A stretch of DNA of 64,000 nt, taken from assembly GCA_951406725.2 (NCBI GenBank), contig OX597817.1:98580001-98644000 (forward strand), read 5' to 3'. The translations under genes and the position numbers were made by a program. Positions 25,255-37,344 of the stretch are shown one piece after another. The stretch comes from Octopus vulgaris. Lineage: Eukaryota. Position 1 is the stretch's first letter; each line of letters starts with the position of its first letter. Below the pieces are notes generated by a model. The model ran no database searches. It saw only the letters and a program-made list of their open reading frames with translations, and was not told where the DNA came from.

Positions 25255-26672
25255 AGTTTTAAGAGTTGGCACTGCCAATGTAGGCACATTGCAAGGTAGG
25301 TCTAGTGAGATTGTTGAGATGCTTGAATGGTGGTGTTTTGGTGTATGTTGCATTCAAGAGGAGCTTCAGCCAGGTTCCTCACAGGCAAGACTCATAGGTA
25401 TAAAATCTTCTAGGAAGGTAACAGAGTAGGTGGTGTGGGCATACTTCTTGCAGAGAAATAGGCAGATAAGGTCATAGAGGTAGTGAGAGTGTACAATAAA
25501 GTACTTAATGTCAGGCTAGTCTTGCAGAATAGTATAGTGACAATTATCTCTGCCTATGCCCCCCTCCCCAGTGGGCCTACCAAATGAACAAAAGGACCAC
25601 TTTTATGATATTCTTCTGCATGCTACCTCAAAGACAAATGACAATTATCTCCTCTTCATGGCTGGGGATTTCAATGGGCATGTTGGATGACAGCCTGGTA
25701 TCTTCCATAGTGTATTTGGGGGCCACAGAATTGGTTCCTGAAATGAAGGGGTAACAAAGTTACTGGAGTTCTGTGGTGCCAACTTCAAGAAGCCAGCCAG
25801 CCACCTGATAACCTACCAATCAGATTGCCAGATCGATTACATTCTCACCAGACAGCGGGATGCATGATTTTCCTAAATACAAAGATCCTCCCTGGAGAAG
25901 AATGTATACCCCCCTCCCAGCATAGACTAGTCATTGGTGACTTTAGCCTCAAGGCCAGAAGGATGCCAAAAAGCAGACCAATCTGGAAAAGAAGGATTTG
26001 GAAGCTGAAGGATCCTTCAAATGGTCTGAGATTTAGAGATATCCTAATTGAGAAATTTGATGAGAGGGAAGAGGAACTACAGACTTATGACAAAGAAGGC
26101 AACTGAAAATTCCTGTGGGACAGCTTGCAGCATACCACAGACCAAATCTGCAGCTGGTGCAAAGTACCATCCAGACCTAGGGTGACGTGGTGGTGGAACG
26201 ATGCTGTAGACAAGACCATTAGAGCAAAGAAACAGGCCTGGAAGAGTGGGGGCAGTAGGGATCTGTATCAGATAGTCAGAAGGGAAGCTAGGAGATAGAT
26301 ATATCTAGCCAAGGAAGAAGCTGAAAAGAAGTTTTCTTATCTTCAGTGACATGAGGACCAAAGACTTGAAGCATTTTGAATTGCAAGACAGTGTGTGAGG
26401 GAAAACTGTGATATCATAGGAGAGAAATGTGTCTGCATGGATGATGGTGCACTTGCGTTTAATGATTCTGCAAAGAAAGCGGCTTGGAAATGCCATTATG
26501 AAAGACTGCTGCATGTGGAGAATGAACAGAATGGAGGAGAGTCTGCCAAATATCGACTCAAATGAAGGACCAGCTATCTGAATTGACAGTACCTTGGTAG
26601 ATAAAGTAATTAAGGATATGAAGACAGGGAAAGCCCCCAGCCCATCATCACTGAGATGATTAAAATATCAGG
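25255..26672 (+). mobile_element. RTE LINE 5' portion (AP endonuclease + linker), truncated at a PLE junction
   Basis: VGTANVGTL, CCIQE, AYAP, GDFNGHVG, QIDYIL, SQHRLV, TWWWN, GKAP motifs; many stops. Confidence 0.9.
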
Positions 26673-29260
26673 AGGTTTGAAGGACCATACTTTCAAACTA
26701 AACTATCTATTCGGTTAATATGTCCTACAAAATTGAACTTAGGCAAGATTAGTAAAACAATTTTACCCCAAATTAAAGAAATTGGAGAGCTCCTCCTCTA
26801 CCAGTGATGTAATTACAAACATCACATTAATTTCATCCAATTCGATATTTTGGATTATTACACCTCAATAACACCTAAATTACTGAGTGAAGTATTATCA
26901 TTTGCCCAAAACTATACAACCATTCCTGCATCTCATATAGTCATAATCCTGGGTTCTAGAAATACCCTTATAAGCTTTAATGGTAAAGATTGGACCCGAA
27001 ATACAAATTCGGCCCTTTTTGATATAACAATGGGATCTTCAGATTCAGCCCAAATAATAGACTTTGTGGAACTGTTTCTTCTCTTGAAAATTAAGCAACA
27101 CTTTCTTAACATCTCGAGGGATCTCTATAGGGACGATTCACTTTTGGCAACTAAAAATTTATCCTGTCTGGAGATTGAATGTACTAAGAAATATTTAATA
27201 AAATTCTGTAAAAATTATAATTTAAATATAGTGTTTCAAGTAGATAATAAGATTGCTAATTTTTTAGATGTCACACTTAATCTTAACACTAATCTTCACT
27301 ATCCATATAGAAAACCAAACCAAACCCTTTAGTACCTGAACGTTCTTTCTAATCATCCTAGATCAACCCTCAATGGTATGGTAATGGCTAACTTGATTAA
27401 AATTTCAAATTTATCAGTGAACTAGGAGATATTCAATACTCATGTTCTGTATTATAACCAAAAAAAAATTTTACATCCCTGATACAATTCTTAAGACTAC
27501 AATTGCAAATATCTTGAATGAAAATGGTTCACAATCTAGTAATACAACCTCCAATTTAGATAAACCAATTAAACATATGAAAGAACAGTATATTGATGAG
27601 GTCTGAATCAATAATGTAGCATTTAGGAATTCACATAAATATAAACCTTATATCTCTAACCAATCTAATCAGACCAAACATTCAAAATCTAGGAAACATG
27701 AAATTATACGGTTTGCCCCACCCTTCTCTCTTCAGGTCAAATCTTTACCCAAATTACTTTCCAAGATATTGAAGGAAAATTTTCCTAAAAATCCTAAATA
27801 CTATCCAATTTTTAATAAATCCTCTGTGAAATTGTCTTACTCTACTACTCCAAATCTAGGTTTGATCATAGATTCCATTAATAGATCTAAACTCAGGCTT
27901 AAGAAATCTACCCACATAAATCCTTATAATGAACTTTATAACCCCAAAACTGATACTAGCTCTCATGTAAATATTACACCAGGTCACCCCTGATGGTCAA
28001 GGGTGACTTAACCTCTAGTAATTGGAAAATTAATGCTGATGCATGTAATTGTCGAATTAAGGAGTCGTGTCCACTAGCCAGATCCTGTTTACGTAATAAT
28101 GTAGTGTATAGGTGTTCTGTGTAGAACTTTGCCACACAGAGGGTAAGAATTTATATCAGAAGCACTGTAGATTTTAAATATCGATATAGGGCCCATTTAA
28201 ACTTTTTTACAAACATAAAATATAAATTTTCTACAACGCTAGCTATGTATATACAAGAACTTAAAAATATACAATACTCATTATCTTAGTCTGTAATAGC
28301 AGAAGCATCCCCATATAATACAATTATGCATGTATGTAAATAGTGTGTTAGAGAGTCCATGAATATTCTTCATCAATATGACTCTACACCACTAAATAAG
28401 TTCTTAGATGCTTTATTTTCCTGTAACCACAGATACCGTTCAACATTTAAATATTTTGATAAATCTCAATAAATTAACCATTAAATTTTTAATTATCTAT
28501 ATTTCACTTAATCTCTGTACTCCTGCCATCCTGTAACTTTATACTGATCAATTATTACCTGCTTAACATTAACAACATTTTCTAAATTGTATCTCCCATA
28601 ATTCTTGCTATAACATTTCCTCTTCCTGTTAACAAGTTCACCTCCCTATATAACTAAATCTCATCTACCCAGCACAACATTGTACAAAATGTGAATCCTG
28701 AATAATATACTCTCTGATGAAGGAGGTAGTATCCAATTTTTAGTGAAAATACCCTTAAAATCTATGGATTACTGTGCCCCTGAAATGGCCATAAGAGGAT
28801 TTACCACTAATAGTTTATCTAAACAGTATTACTTATTCTCTTGGATTATATACATGTTTTTTGAAAAATCCAATCTCAAAGCTACAATTTTTCTTTATTC
28901 TCTTTTTTTGTAAGACTTTATTTTATTTGCCTTTTCATAAGGGCATATTTATTCTTAAATAATTTTTAGAACACTATTCTAGAATGCCTTTTAATATGAA
29001 TGTAATACTAAACATTTCTATATACATCTATACCTTTATACATTTACACTTTTATAACTTCATCCCATTCTTCTATTTATATATGTATATTAAATTTTTA
29101 TATATTTATGTATTCATAGATTTTTTAAATGTTTTGATATTTTAATGACTGATACATTTGTATATTTAAAAACTGATATACATCGATCCATGACAGAATA
29201 TATGTTTATATAAATTGTTGAACCTATTTGAATTCTTCTTAACATATTTTTATATCTTGC
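26673..29260 (+). mobile_element. Penelope-like element relic (Naiad-like): RT + Cys linker + GIY-YIG + pseudo-LTR
   Basis: FDITMGSSDSAQ, LYRDD, FLDVTLNL, PYRKPN, KLSYSTTPN, CNCRIKESCPL, NVVYRC...IYI; hammerhead in the 3' region. The 3' boundary is approximate. Confidence 0.88.
28710..28797 (+). ncRNA. Type I hammerhead ribozyme (PLE pseudo-LTR), CpG-decayed
   Basis: ctct-CTGATGA(28714-20)-agg...tcca/tgga...cct-GAAA(28782-85)-tggcca-TA-agag. Helix I is ctct/agag; helix III is the palindrome TGGCCA. Confidence 0.75.
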
Positions 29261-29442
29261 GTCTCAGGCTTTTATCTGAGCACTTCAAACTACAGCCTAT
29301 ACAATACACAAAGAAATTTTAATATATATATACACATACATACAAGCTACAGTAGCATCTACCCTTAGTGGTTAGCCATGTTTATGTGGCATATATACTT
29401 CACGTTGTCGTGCAGCTATTGTTTATACCTTGTTCAAAGATT

Positions 29443-29494
<52 letters not shown>

Positions 29495-29667
29495 AATCTT
29501 TGAACAAGGTATATGCCACATAAACATGGCTAACCACTAAGGGTAGATGCTACTGTAGCTTGTAGCCCCAGGAGAACCTCTTCTCCAGCTGGCTATTGAC
29601 ACATTTTCTGTGCCCTATCAGTATTTGCAAAGGGAAGCCATCCTTCCCATTGTCGACCTGATGTGAT

Positions 29668-29713
29668 ACGCATGGACCTGGGTTTCTGGGTATTTACCCG
29701 TCATCAGTGCACG
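29668..29713 (-). ncRNA. Hammerhead ribozyme-like motif
   Basis: Minus strand reads gtgca-CTGATGA-cgggtaaataccca-GAAA-cccagg-TC-catgc; helix II gggta/taccc; helix I register imperfect. Confidence 0.65.
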
Positions 29714-30024
29714 ACAATCACCGGTCTTTGATGCGCAGGGGTCCCAATGCAAATACATATATCCTTTTTCCAGTGATGAAAAGTCACTAATCTCGAAAAA
29801 GTGTAAACAAGCAATAATAAATCTCTGAACGAGGTATAAACAGTAGCTGCACAATATTTAAGTGGAAAATATACTTCACGTTGTCGTGCAGCTACTGTTT
29901 ATACCTCGTTCAGAGATTTATTATTGCTTGTTTACACTTTTTCGAGATTAGTGACTTTTCATCACTGGAAAAAGGATATATGTATTTGCATTGGGACCCC
30001 TCCGCATCGAAGACCGGTGATTGT

Positions 30025-30070
30025 CATGCACTGACGACGGGTAAATATCCAGAAACCCAGGTTCGTGCAT
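30025..30070 (+). ncRNA. Hammerhead ribozyme-like motif (second copy)
   Basis: atgca-CTGACGA(30031-37)-cgggtaaatatcca-GAAA(30052-55)-cccagg-TT-cgtgcat. Confidence 0.6.
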
Positions 30071-30236
30071 ATCACATCAGGTCGACGATGGGAAGGATGG
30101 CTTCCCTTTGCAAATACTGATAGGGCACAGAAAATGTGTCAATAGCTAACTGGAGAAGATGTTCTCCTGGGGTTATAAGCTACAGTAGCATCCACCCTTA
30201 GTGGTTAGCCACATTTAAGTGGCAAATATACTTCAC

Positions 30237-30275
<39 letters not shown>

Positions 30276-30307
30276 AAAATGTAGAGATAACACACGAGTA
30301 TGTAGAT

Positions 30308-33156
30308 ATTTATGAAAAAGAACAAGAATGCTATTTTTTAAAAATTAGGTGCATTTAAATTTATATAAATACAGTTTAAAAAATGCTTTTGTTTTACATG
30401 TTTTGGTTGTTTATAAACCTTATCAAAAATATGTACTTAAATGAAATATGTAGAGAAAAAAATTATTAATAAAATAAATGTTCATAGTGTACTTTTCAAA
30501 CCTGGTAATGGGCTATCTCGAAATTAAATTATACTAGAAAACACTTGAGAAATATGGCAACTCCTTTTCAACCTACATTCAAAACAACTGGAAAAGATAT
30601 CTCAATGACTGCTTCATCCTCTGGAATGAAAGTATAGAAAAACTTAATAAATTCAAAACACTTCTAAATGAAATAAATGAAAACCTCCAATTTACAATAG
30701 AGTATAACCAGGAACAACTACTGGTTTTAGATATCCTTATTAAGAAAGTTGGGAACAAAATAGAGACAGATATCTATTACAAACCCATGGACTTGTAACA
30801 GTACCACTATTTAATTTTTGCCATCGAGACACACCAGGATGAATATTCACAATAGTATCAGACACAAACACCCGTTACACACGATTCCAAGAACTAAAAA
30901 CTACACTCATCAATAGGAATTACCCACAAACCTTAATCAACAATATGATCCAACAAGTCCTTAAATTCAATACACAAGAACTTAGACAACCAAGACCAAA
31001 GAAGCAGGAAAATTTGAAAACCCTGCCTTACATCTCCACACAGAACCCACATAACACTATACTCCATAGCACAGTTCTACAAAGAGGGACCCAAAGATGA
31101 ATCAAATCCAAACACACACCATCATCAAAAGTAAGAGACAGCCAAAATCAATGAAGAGGATTTTAACCCAGGCCAAATTACACTCAACAATAACCACAAA
31201 GCCGACAGTAAAAAGCGTGAGAGGTTCAACTGTGGGATCTGTATCAACATAATAGAAGGATCAGAATACTGATTGGAACAAGGCCAAAATTTTACCATAA
31301 AAACTAACTTTACATCTGCATCAGAGAATTTGATTTACATAATTACATGCTCAGGATGCAAACAACAATATATTGGACACACAAAAAACAGCCTACATCA
31401 GATGATGGCAGTGCACAAATCCCAAATTAGTATTCTGGAATACAGGAAAATATCTGTCAGCAAACACATAGACAGATGCGCATCCAATAAATATCCCAAA
31501 TTCACAACTTTTCCATTATACAAATTCAAAGACAGCACTAGCCAAAATGAACGCATTAACAAGGAAATGCATTTCATAAGAAAGTATCAAAGTATCAACC
31601 AAGTCTAAATTCTTTAAGCTCAGAACACTGAAACTATATGCATATTATTCATAAAAAATAAAGATAAGAGATTAACCCTTTCGTTACCAAACCGCCCAAA
31701 GCCGCCCGAAAAAAATTTTGGTTAATGTGACCAAACCCATCCGTATTTACCTATTCATATTTAAATGAGAATATCAGAGCAAATCTCTTTAGAACATTGG
31801 TGAAAACACGTGATTATACTTCGTAAACAGTTTATCTACAGTTTTGTACAACAATCGAAGTGTAATTTTAATTCCGTGAATTTTGGGAGATTTTTTTCCG
31901 AAATTTGTTCCTATTGTGTTTTCAAAATTTGTAATTCTGACAAAAAATGCATACGAATTTCATTATATCAAGCAGCGAGTCAGAATTCGAAGGATTTTCT
32001 ACTGAAGACCTTGATAAATCTAACTCTATGACTGAAAAAAAAAAGCACGTGGTATTTGATAATGAATCTGATGTTTCATTTTCCGAAAGTGAAAACAGTG
32101 AATCCGAGAGCTCCGACAGCGATAAAGAAAATGAATTGGCACCTGAATGGAGTGAAAATTTAAAAACTGTTTCTTTCGGTGATTTTTCTCAAGAAACTGG
32201 ACCAAGCCACAGACTTTCCCAGGAGAGTAAAGTGATAGACTATTTCTTTTTACTTTTTCTGATGAGTCTATTTGAACTCATTACGGCAGAAACGAACCGT
32301 TATGCTAAATGTAAACAAAGCGAAAGAAAGGATAGTTAGTGGTTTCCCACAACCTTAAATGAATTTAAGACTATTTTGCCATAAATATTATTATGGGTAT
32401 CAGAAAGTTACCCAGAATAACAAATTCTATCGTAAAATTTTGTTGTATACCCAATTGAATATTAGCTAATAACCCATTTTCTATAGCGATGTTTGAATAA
32501 AATTTTAATAATTTTATATTTTGTTGAATTTACCTGTATCTACCTGCAATTAGAGTCACTTTGTGACAAAAATTATAGTATAGAATTGGTTGAGAACATT
32601 TCATTAAATTATCTTCCAAAAATCACATTAATATATTGATAAATAAAAAAGTTATAGTTGTTTAATGAAACCAGACTAAATTCATGATTATGTTCGAAAT
32701 TAATTGAAACACATAAGGGGTGTATTTTGGTCAGAAATATAGTAACGAAAGGGATAAATAAATCCATTTCTGTGAAGATCTCAGGGGAGATAACTTTATG
32801 ATGACTATTATTGCTACTGCTGCTTATTTGATTAGTACAGCTACTCCTCCTGAAAACAATTTTGATCACACTACTTAATTTACCATCACAGACAACAGCT
32901 GAAATTACTACTAGCAATGCCGCAAAAATTAATGGAAATTACCACATGCTCTTTCAGGAAAAAGAAAAGTACACTATGAACGTTTATTTTATTAATAATC
33001 TGTTTTCTCTACATCAGATGATGGCATATTTTTGATAAGGTTTATAAACAACTGAAACATGTAAACTAAAAACATTTTCTTGGTGTACTTATATAAAGAA
33101 ATTTAAATGTACCTAATTTTTAAAAACTAGCATTTTCGTTCTTCTTTTTCATAAAT
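30308..33156 (+). mobile_element. 5'-truncated Penelope-like element (RT thumb + GIY-YIG) bracketed by inverted pseudo-LTRs and interrupted by piggyBac
   Basis: NLVMGYLE, WKRYLNDCFILW, TDIYYKP, NLIYIITCSGCKQQYIGHT (31273-31608); 30308-30497 is the reverse complement of 32964-33156. Confidence 0.9.
31676..32753 (+). mobile_element. Internally deleted piggyBac (PGBD4-like transposase N-terminus only)
   Basis: TTAA|ccctttcgttac ... gtaacgaaaggg|ATAA; acidic N-terminus then DYFFLLF...ITAETNRYA...WFPTT...IIMGI. Confidence 0.9.
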
Positions 33157-33166
33157 AAATAAATAA

Positions 33167-33227
<61 letters not shown>

Positions 33228-33252
33228 TAGATAGATAGATATAGATAGATAT

Positions 33253-34480
33253 GTTTCTTTATTAGCTACACAGGGCTGCACACAGATGGGACAAACTACA
33301 AGGTAGAGCTTTTCTTTTTGGGGATAAAAAAAGGGGGTTTGGTTTTCGATCAAAAGGGATCGTAAAAGGAAAGAAAGAGGAAAGCAAAAAAAAAAGGGGG
33401 GGGTGAAAATAAAAGGAAAAAGAAAAAAGTTGATTGATAGGGATCGTTATCACAGAAATGTCAATATAAAGTGTAAAGGGGAGGAGAGGTGAGGTTTACC
33501 CGTGGAAAGAAAAGCCTATGGAAAAGACCATGGTAACCTCGATCAATGAAGTCACAATGTTATATTTTTTACAAATAAGCAACTTTCTGTAGTAATTTTT
33601 ACAGTTCATAGGATCATAGTAAAGGTGACTTCGTCATTCATACGTGCCATCCTTGCTACATTCACCCATCTTTTTTTAAAACATTCACTAGACAAAACTT
33701 GCCCCTCTACTCTCACTTTCAAGTGATACTTGAAGAAGTTGATGAGAGATTGACCAGAGAGGAAAGTGTTTGTCTCTAATCCTTTCAGGCGCATCCACCA
33801 GATACATTCTTTTGCCATAGCCACAAGTATGATAAAAATAGCTCTTCCTTCCCATTTGAAATAAGGAGGCGTGACGATATTAACGATAGACTCGGCTGAT
33901 AAACCGACACGTCCCACACGTGACAGCAGTCGTTCGACATAAGCCCATAGGTCAGAGATTGTTGGACACTGCACGATTGCATGCAGAACAGTTTCGTTGC
34001 TCTGCCCGCATCTCGGGCAGGTCGGCCCCGTGTTTCTCGAGCCATGCCTATAGAGCTTATCCCGAACGGGTAGCTCTTCGCGGTAGCACTGCCAGGCCCG
34101 AAAGTTGTCTCAAACAGGCGGATCAGGTGTTCCTCGTCGACGCCCAGGTTCGCCCCAAGATCATCGTTGTACCTCCCCTCTACTAATCCCCTATAGAATG
34201 CTTTGGTTGTGTTGAAGTCACTCAAGGTCGACCCGGGACGGCATAGTTGCTTGAGAGCAACGCGACACTTGCGGTGCCATTCGCCCTTCCTCGGCCTCTT
34301 TTTGATCCACAACTGCAGTTCTGTCATGGAAACGAGCTGCGGGAAAGCGTGCCTCACAAATGGCGACCACACCTGTTCACCGTCGTCTACATAGAGCCGG
34401 AGATGTCGCAGTCTCAGTGCGTGTCTGCGCATCATCAACCATGGCATGCCCAGCCCTCCTTTTAACGGGTGTTGACAGCA
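33253..34480 (-). mobile_element. Tx1/L1-like LINE 3' end (zinc-finger region + 3' UTR) inserted in a (GATA)n/(GACA)n tract
   Basis: GGLGMP, WSPFV, CPRCGQSNETVLHAIVQCP (CCHC); AATAAA near the 3' end; gatagatagat on both flanks. Confidence 0.8.
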
Positions 34481-34773
34481 GATAGATAGATGTGTGTGTG
34501 TGTGTGCGTGCATATATGTATATATTTGTATCTGGATTTAAAAGACATATGCTAATTCACAAAAACATTCCTTCAGAATCAGATTCCAAAGGGTAAAGAT
34601 ATAGCAGAAACTTGAATATCTGTTACTTGTATTTTAAACCCTGTCAGTCAGCAGCTGGTCTTAAAAGTCATCTGAGGGCTCATCAATGGAGTGATTGTGC
34701 TGTGTGATGGGGTGTGGTGTGTGTTGATGGGATGACTATCATCTGTCAAGATGAAGCAATCATCAAATATATG

Positions 34774-34821
<48 letters not shown>

Positions 34822-35530
34822 CACACACACTCACATGACAGGCTTCCACAGTTTCCATCTACTGAATTCTACTTACAAAGTATTGGTCAACCCAAAGCTA
34901 TAGTAGAAGGCACTAAGTCAAGGTACTACATACTGTGATCAAACTAGAACTATGTGGCTGCAAAGGAAACCTCTTACCCACAAACCTCTCTATATTATTA
35001 TGTGGAAAATGATTATCAAATATTTCAAAGTAAAAGATATTTTGGGGAAACTAAGATAATAAATTTATGACCTATTTTAAGGGCTCAATGCACACATATC
35101 ATAACTAGCTAACTGAATCAAATTCAGTTATTTATTTTATTCATCAAAGTGAGATGAAAGGATAATTCAACTCTGCTGAAATTGAACTCAAGATACTGAA
35201 ATTACTTTAGTTCCTAACATTCTATCAATAACAAGGATAATGATGATGATAACCATTATCATTGTCCTTTAGATCCATTTTCCATGTTGGCATGGTTGAA
35301 CCATCGCCAGCACAGTAACCAACCACATGTTGCAAGTCACCTGACAATTGTACATGAATCACTGTTGCTGCAGTGTTGCATATGACTGGTTTAAACTTGG
35401 AAATAACAGGAAACAATGATTATGATGACTGGAATAAGGCAATAGTGGATTGTAAACAAATACACCACAATGTATTAATGAACATAATATTTCATGGTTA
35501 ACATTATCTAAATAAAAATGGTTAACTTAC

Positions 35531-35697
35531 TGGGCAGATCATTTATTTCACCATCATCTGAGTTAGTGTCCATAACTTTATTTGTTGACTTTATAACAGT
35601 TGTGCAATCATCATCAGATTTCTCATCATTACTTTTCCAGTAGGTTTGAAGAGTGGTATTTAAGACTACAGCCAGGTTTTCCATATCTCTGTCTTCT
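35531..35697 (-). CDS. Host gene exon (6th of 6 linked): EDRDMENLAVVLNTTLQ...DGEINDLP
   Basis: ttttacag| acceptor, |gtaagt donor, 167 bp, phase 2->1, in frame with exon 40362-40483. Confidence 0.8.
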
Positions 35698-36112
35698 CTG
35701 TAAAATTTTAGTGGAGAATGGAAATAAAAATTGTTTATGAAAGTATAAAATGTGTTTGAAAATATCAATAGAGTATAAAAATACCTATAGTATGTGAAAA
35801 TATTAAATATCAATAGTACAAAAAGATTATTTTACAGAGAAGTGAAATAAACTGCATTTTTTTAATGTGATAAGTGAACACCATCAATTTACTTCATAGA
35901 AAGATAAAATCAAACTTTTGGCATTTATACCTTTCCCAAAAGTATTAACAACATAAGTGAAATGATTTTAGTGAGAAATGGTAATCAAAACTAAGTTCCA
36001 GATTCAATTTACTGGGAGATTAACTACCATCCAGTGATTGACAATTCGATATATATTATAATTTGATACATAATTATATTATAATTCTGCTTGTTTGCTT
36101 ACTTGAGTTAGT

Positions 36113-36148
<36 letters not shown>

Positions 36149-37344
36149 TGGAATGAGAGTGAGAGAGGGAGGTGAAATGAGAGAGAGGGGAGGAGTGAGA
36201 AAAAGAAGTAGAGAAAGATGTACACATGTATATATGCACGCATAAGTATCTCTGTATTAATACACAAAGAGAAAATGTGACATTGTGGTTAGTTGAAGTG
36301 AGACAGAGAAGATAGAAAGGAGAGCTAGGCAGTGAGAGCTAGGAGGAAAGGATTGCTATTATGGTATGTGGTTAAATAGCTGAAGGAAGAAGTAGAAAGA
36401 AAGAGAGAGGGGAAAGAAAATATTTAACACTGGGGAGATGTGGTATAGTTGGAAGAAATAAAAGGAGAAAGTAGGGTAGGGAGAGAATAAGAGGGAAAAT
36501 GAGGGAGAGAGAGAATGTATTTACTGAAGAGAACAGTGAAAAGTGTTTTGTTTTTTTTGTTTTGTTTTTAATATTCATATCACCCATCAGTTAATGTATG
36601 CACTTTAATGAAGTAACTATTGTTTGCTCTGTCAAAGCTTATAAAATACATCAACAACACATGTAAAACTAACAAGACAAAGAACGATAAAGTTGGGTTT
36701 TTTTTTCAAATAACTGTATTAAGTTTTAAAACTTTACCAATGTAGAGAAGCAAAATAATATTATAGATAATGTCTTTGATTTTGCTCCATAGTTAATACT
36801 GTTTACTTTTTAACATAAAGTGATAAATAAGACAACTCACAAAGTAGATGTAAGAATATAAAATCTTTCAGATGTTTCCTGAGATTGAAATTTTAATACT
36901 ACTTATATGAACTTTTACACCATCCCGAGGCTTAAATGGTTCAGAAAATTATACAATTCCATTTTACAATTTTCAAAATAACCATGGAATTTCCACAAGT
37001 ACTTCTAGTAAATATTTAATTTCTATCCTATGATTATCCATACAAAAATACATAAATACATTCCTTTCTCAATGTAGTAGGATAGTCAGCATATTTTTAA
37101 TGTCAAGAAAAGTTATTTATTGATTATTTGTTCTCTTTTACATTTTTACCAGTTTCAGCTTAAGAGCTGACGTCATGCTGGGGCACCACCATTATTGTAG
37201 ATAAAAAAAATGATGATGATGATGTTTGAATTTCCAGCTAATGGAAGGAAAACAAATATTAAATAGATAGTAATATTTTCATATTAAAATACAAGTAAAC
37301 AATTAAGAAACATACATTTATTAGCTTCAACATACATACAACAT

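Larger units (their letters stand above)
29343..30237. repeat. 357-bp circularly permuted unit in +/-/+ orientation (nested palindrome), retrozyme or pLTR-like
   Basis: atacttcacg at 29871 and 30228 gives the 357-bp period; 29491-29854 is a reverse-complement copy; partial + copy at 29343-29447. Confidence 0.9.

Noticed and set aside
29618-30120. Two mirrored 78-79 aa ORFs
   Set aside because: By-product of the palindromic non-coding repeat; non-ATG starts and no recognisable domain.
36841-36878. 38-bp exon candidate (ETSERFYILTST)
   Set aside because: Its donor phase fits the next exon, but its phase-0 acceptor does not fit the phase-2 end of exon 40362, which joins 35697 cleanly without it.
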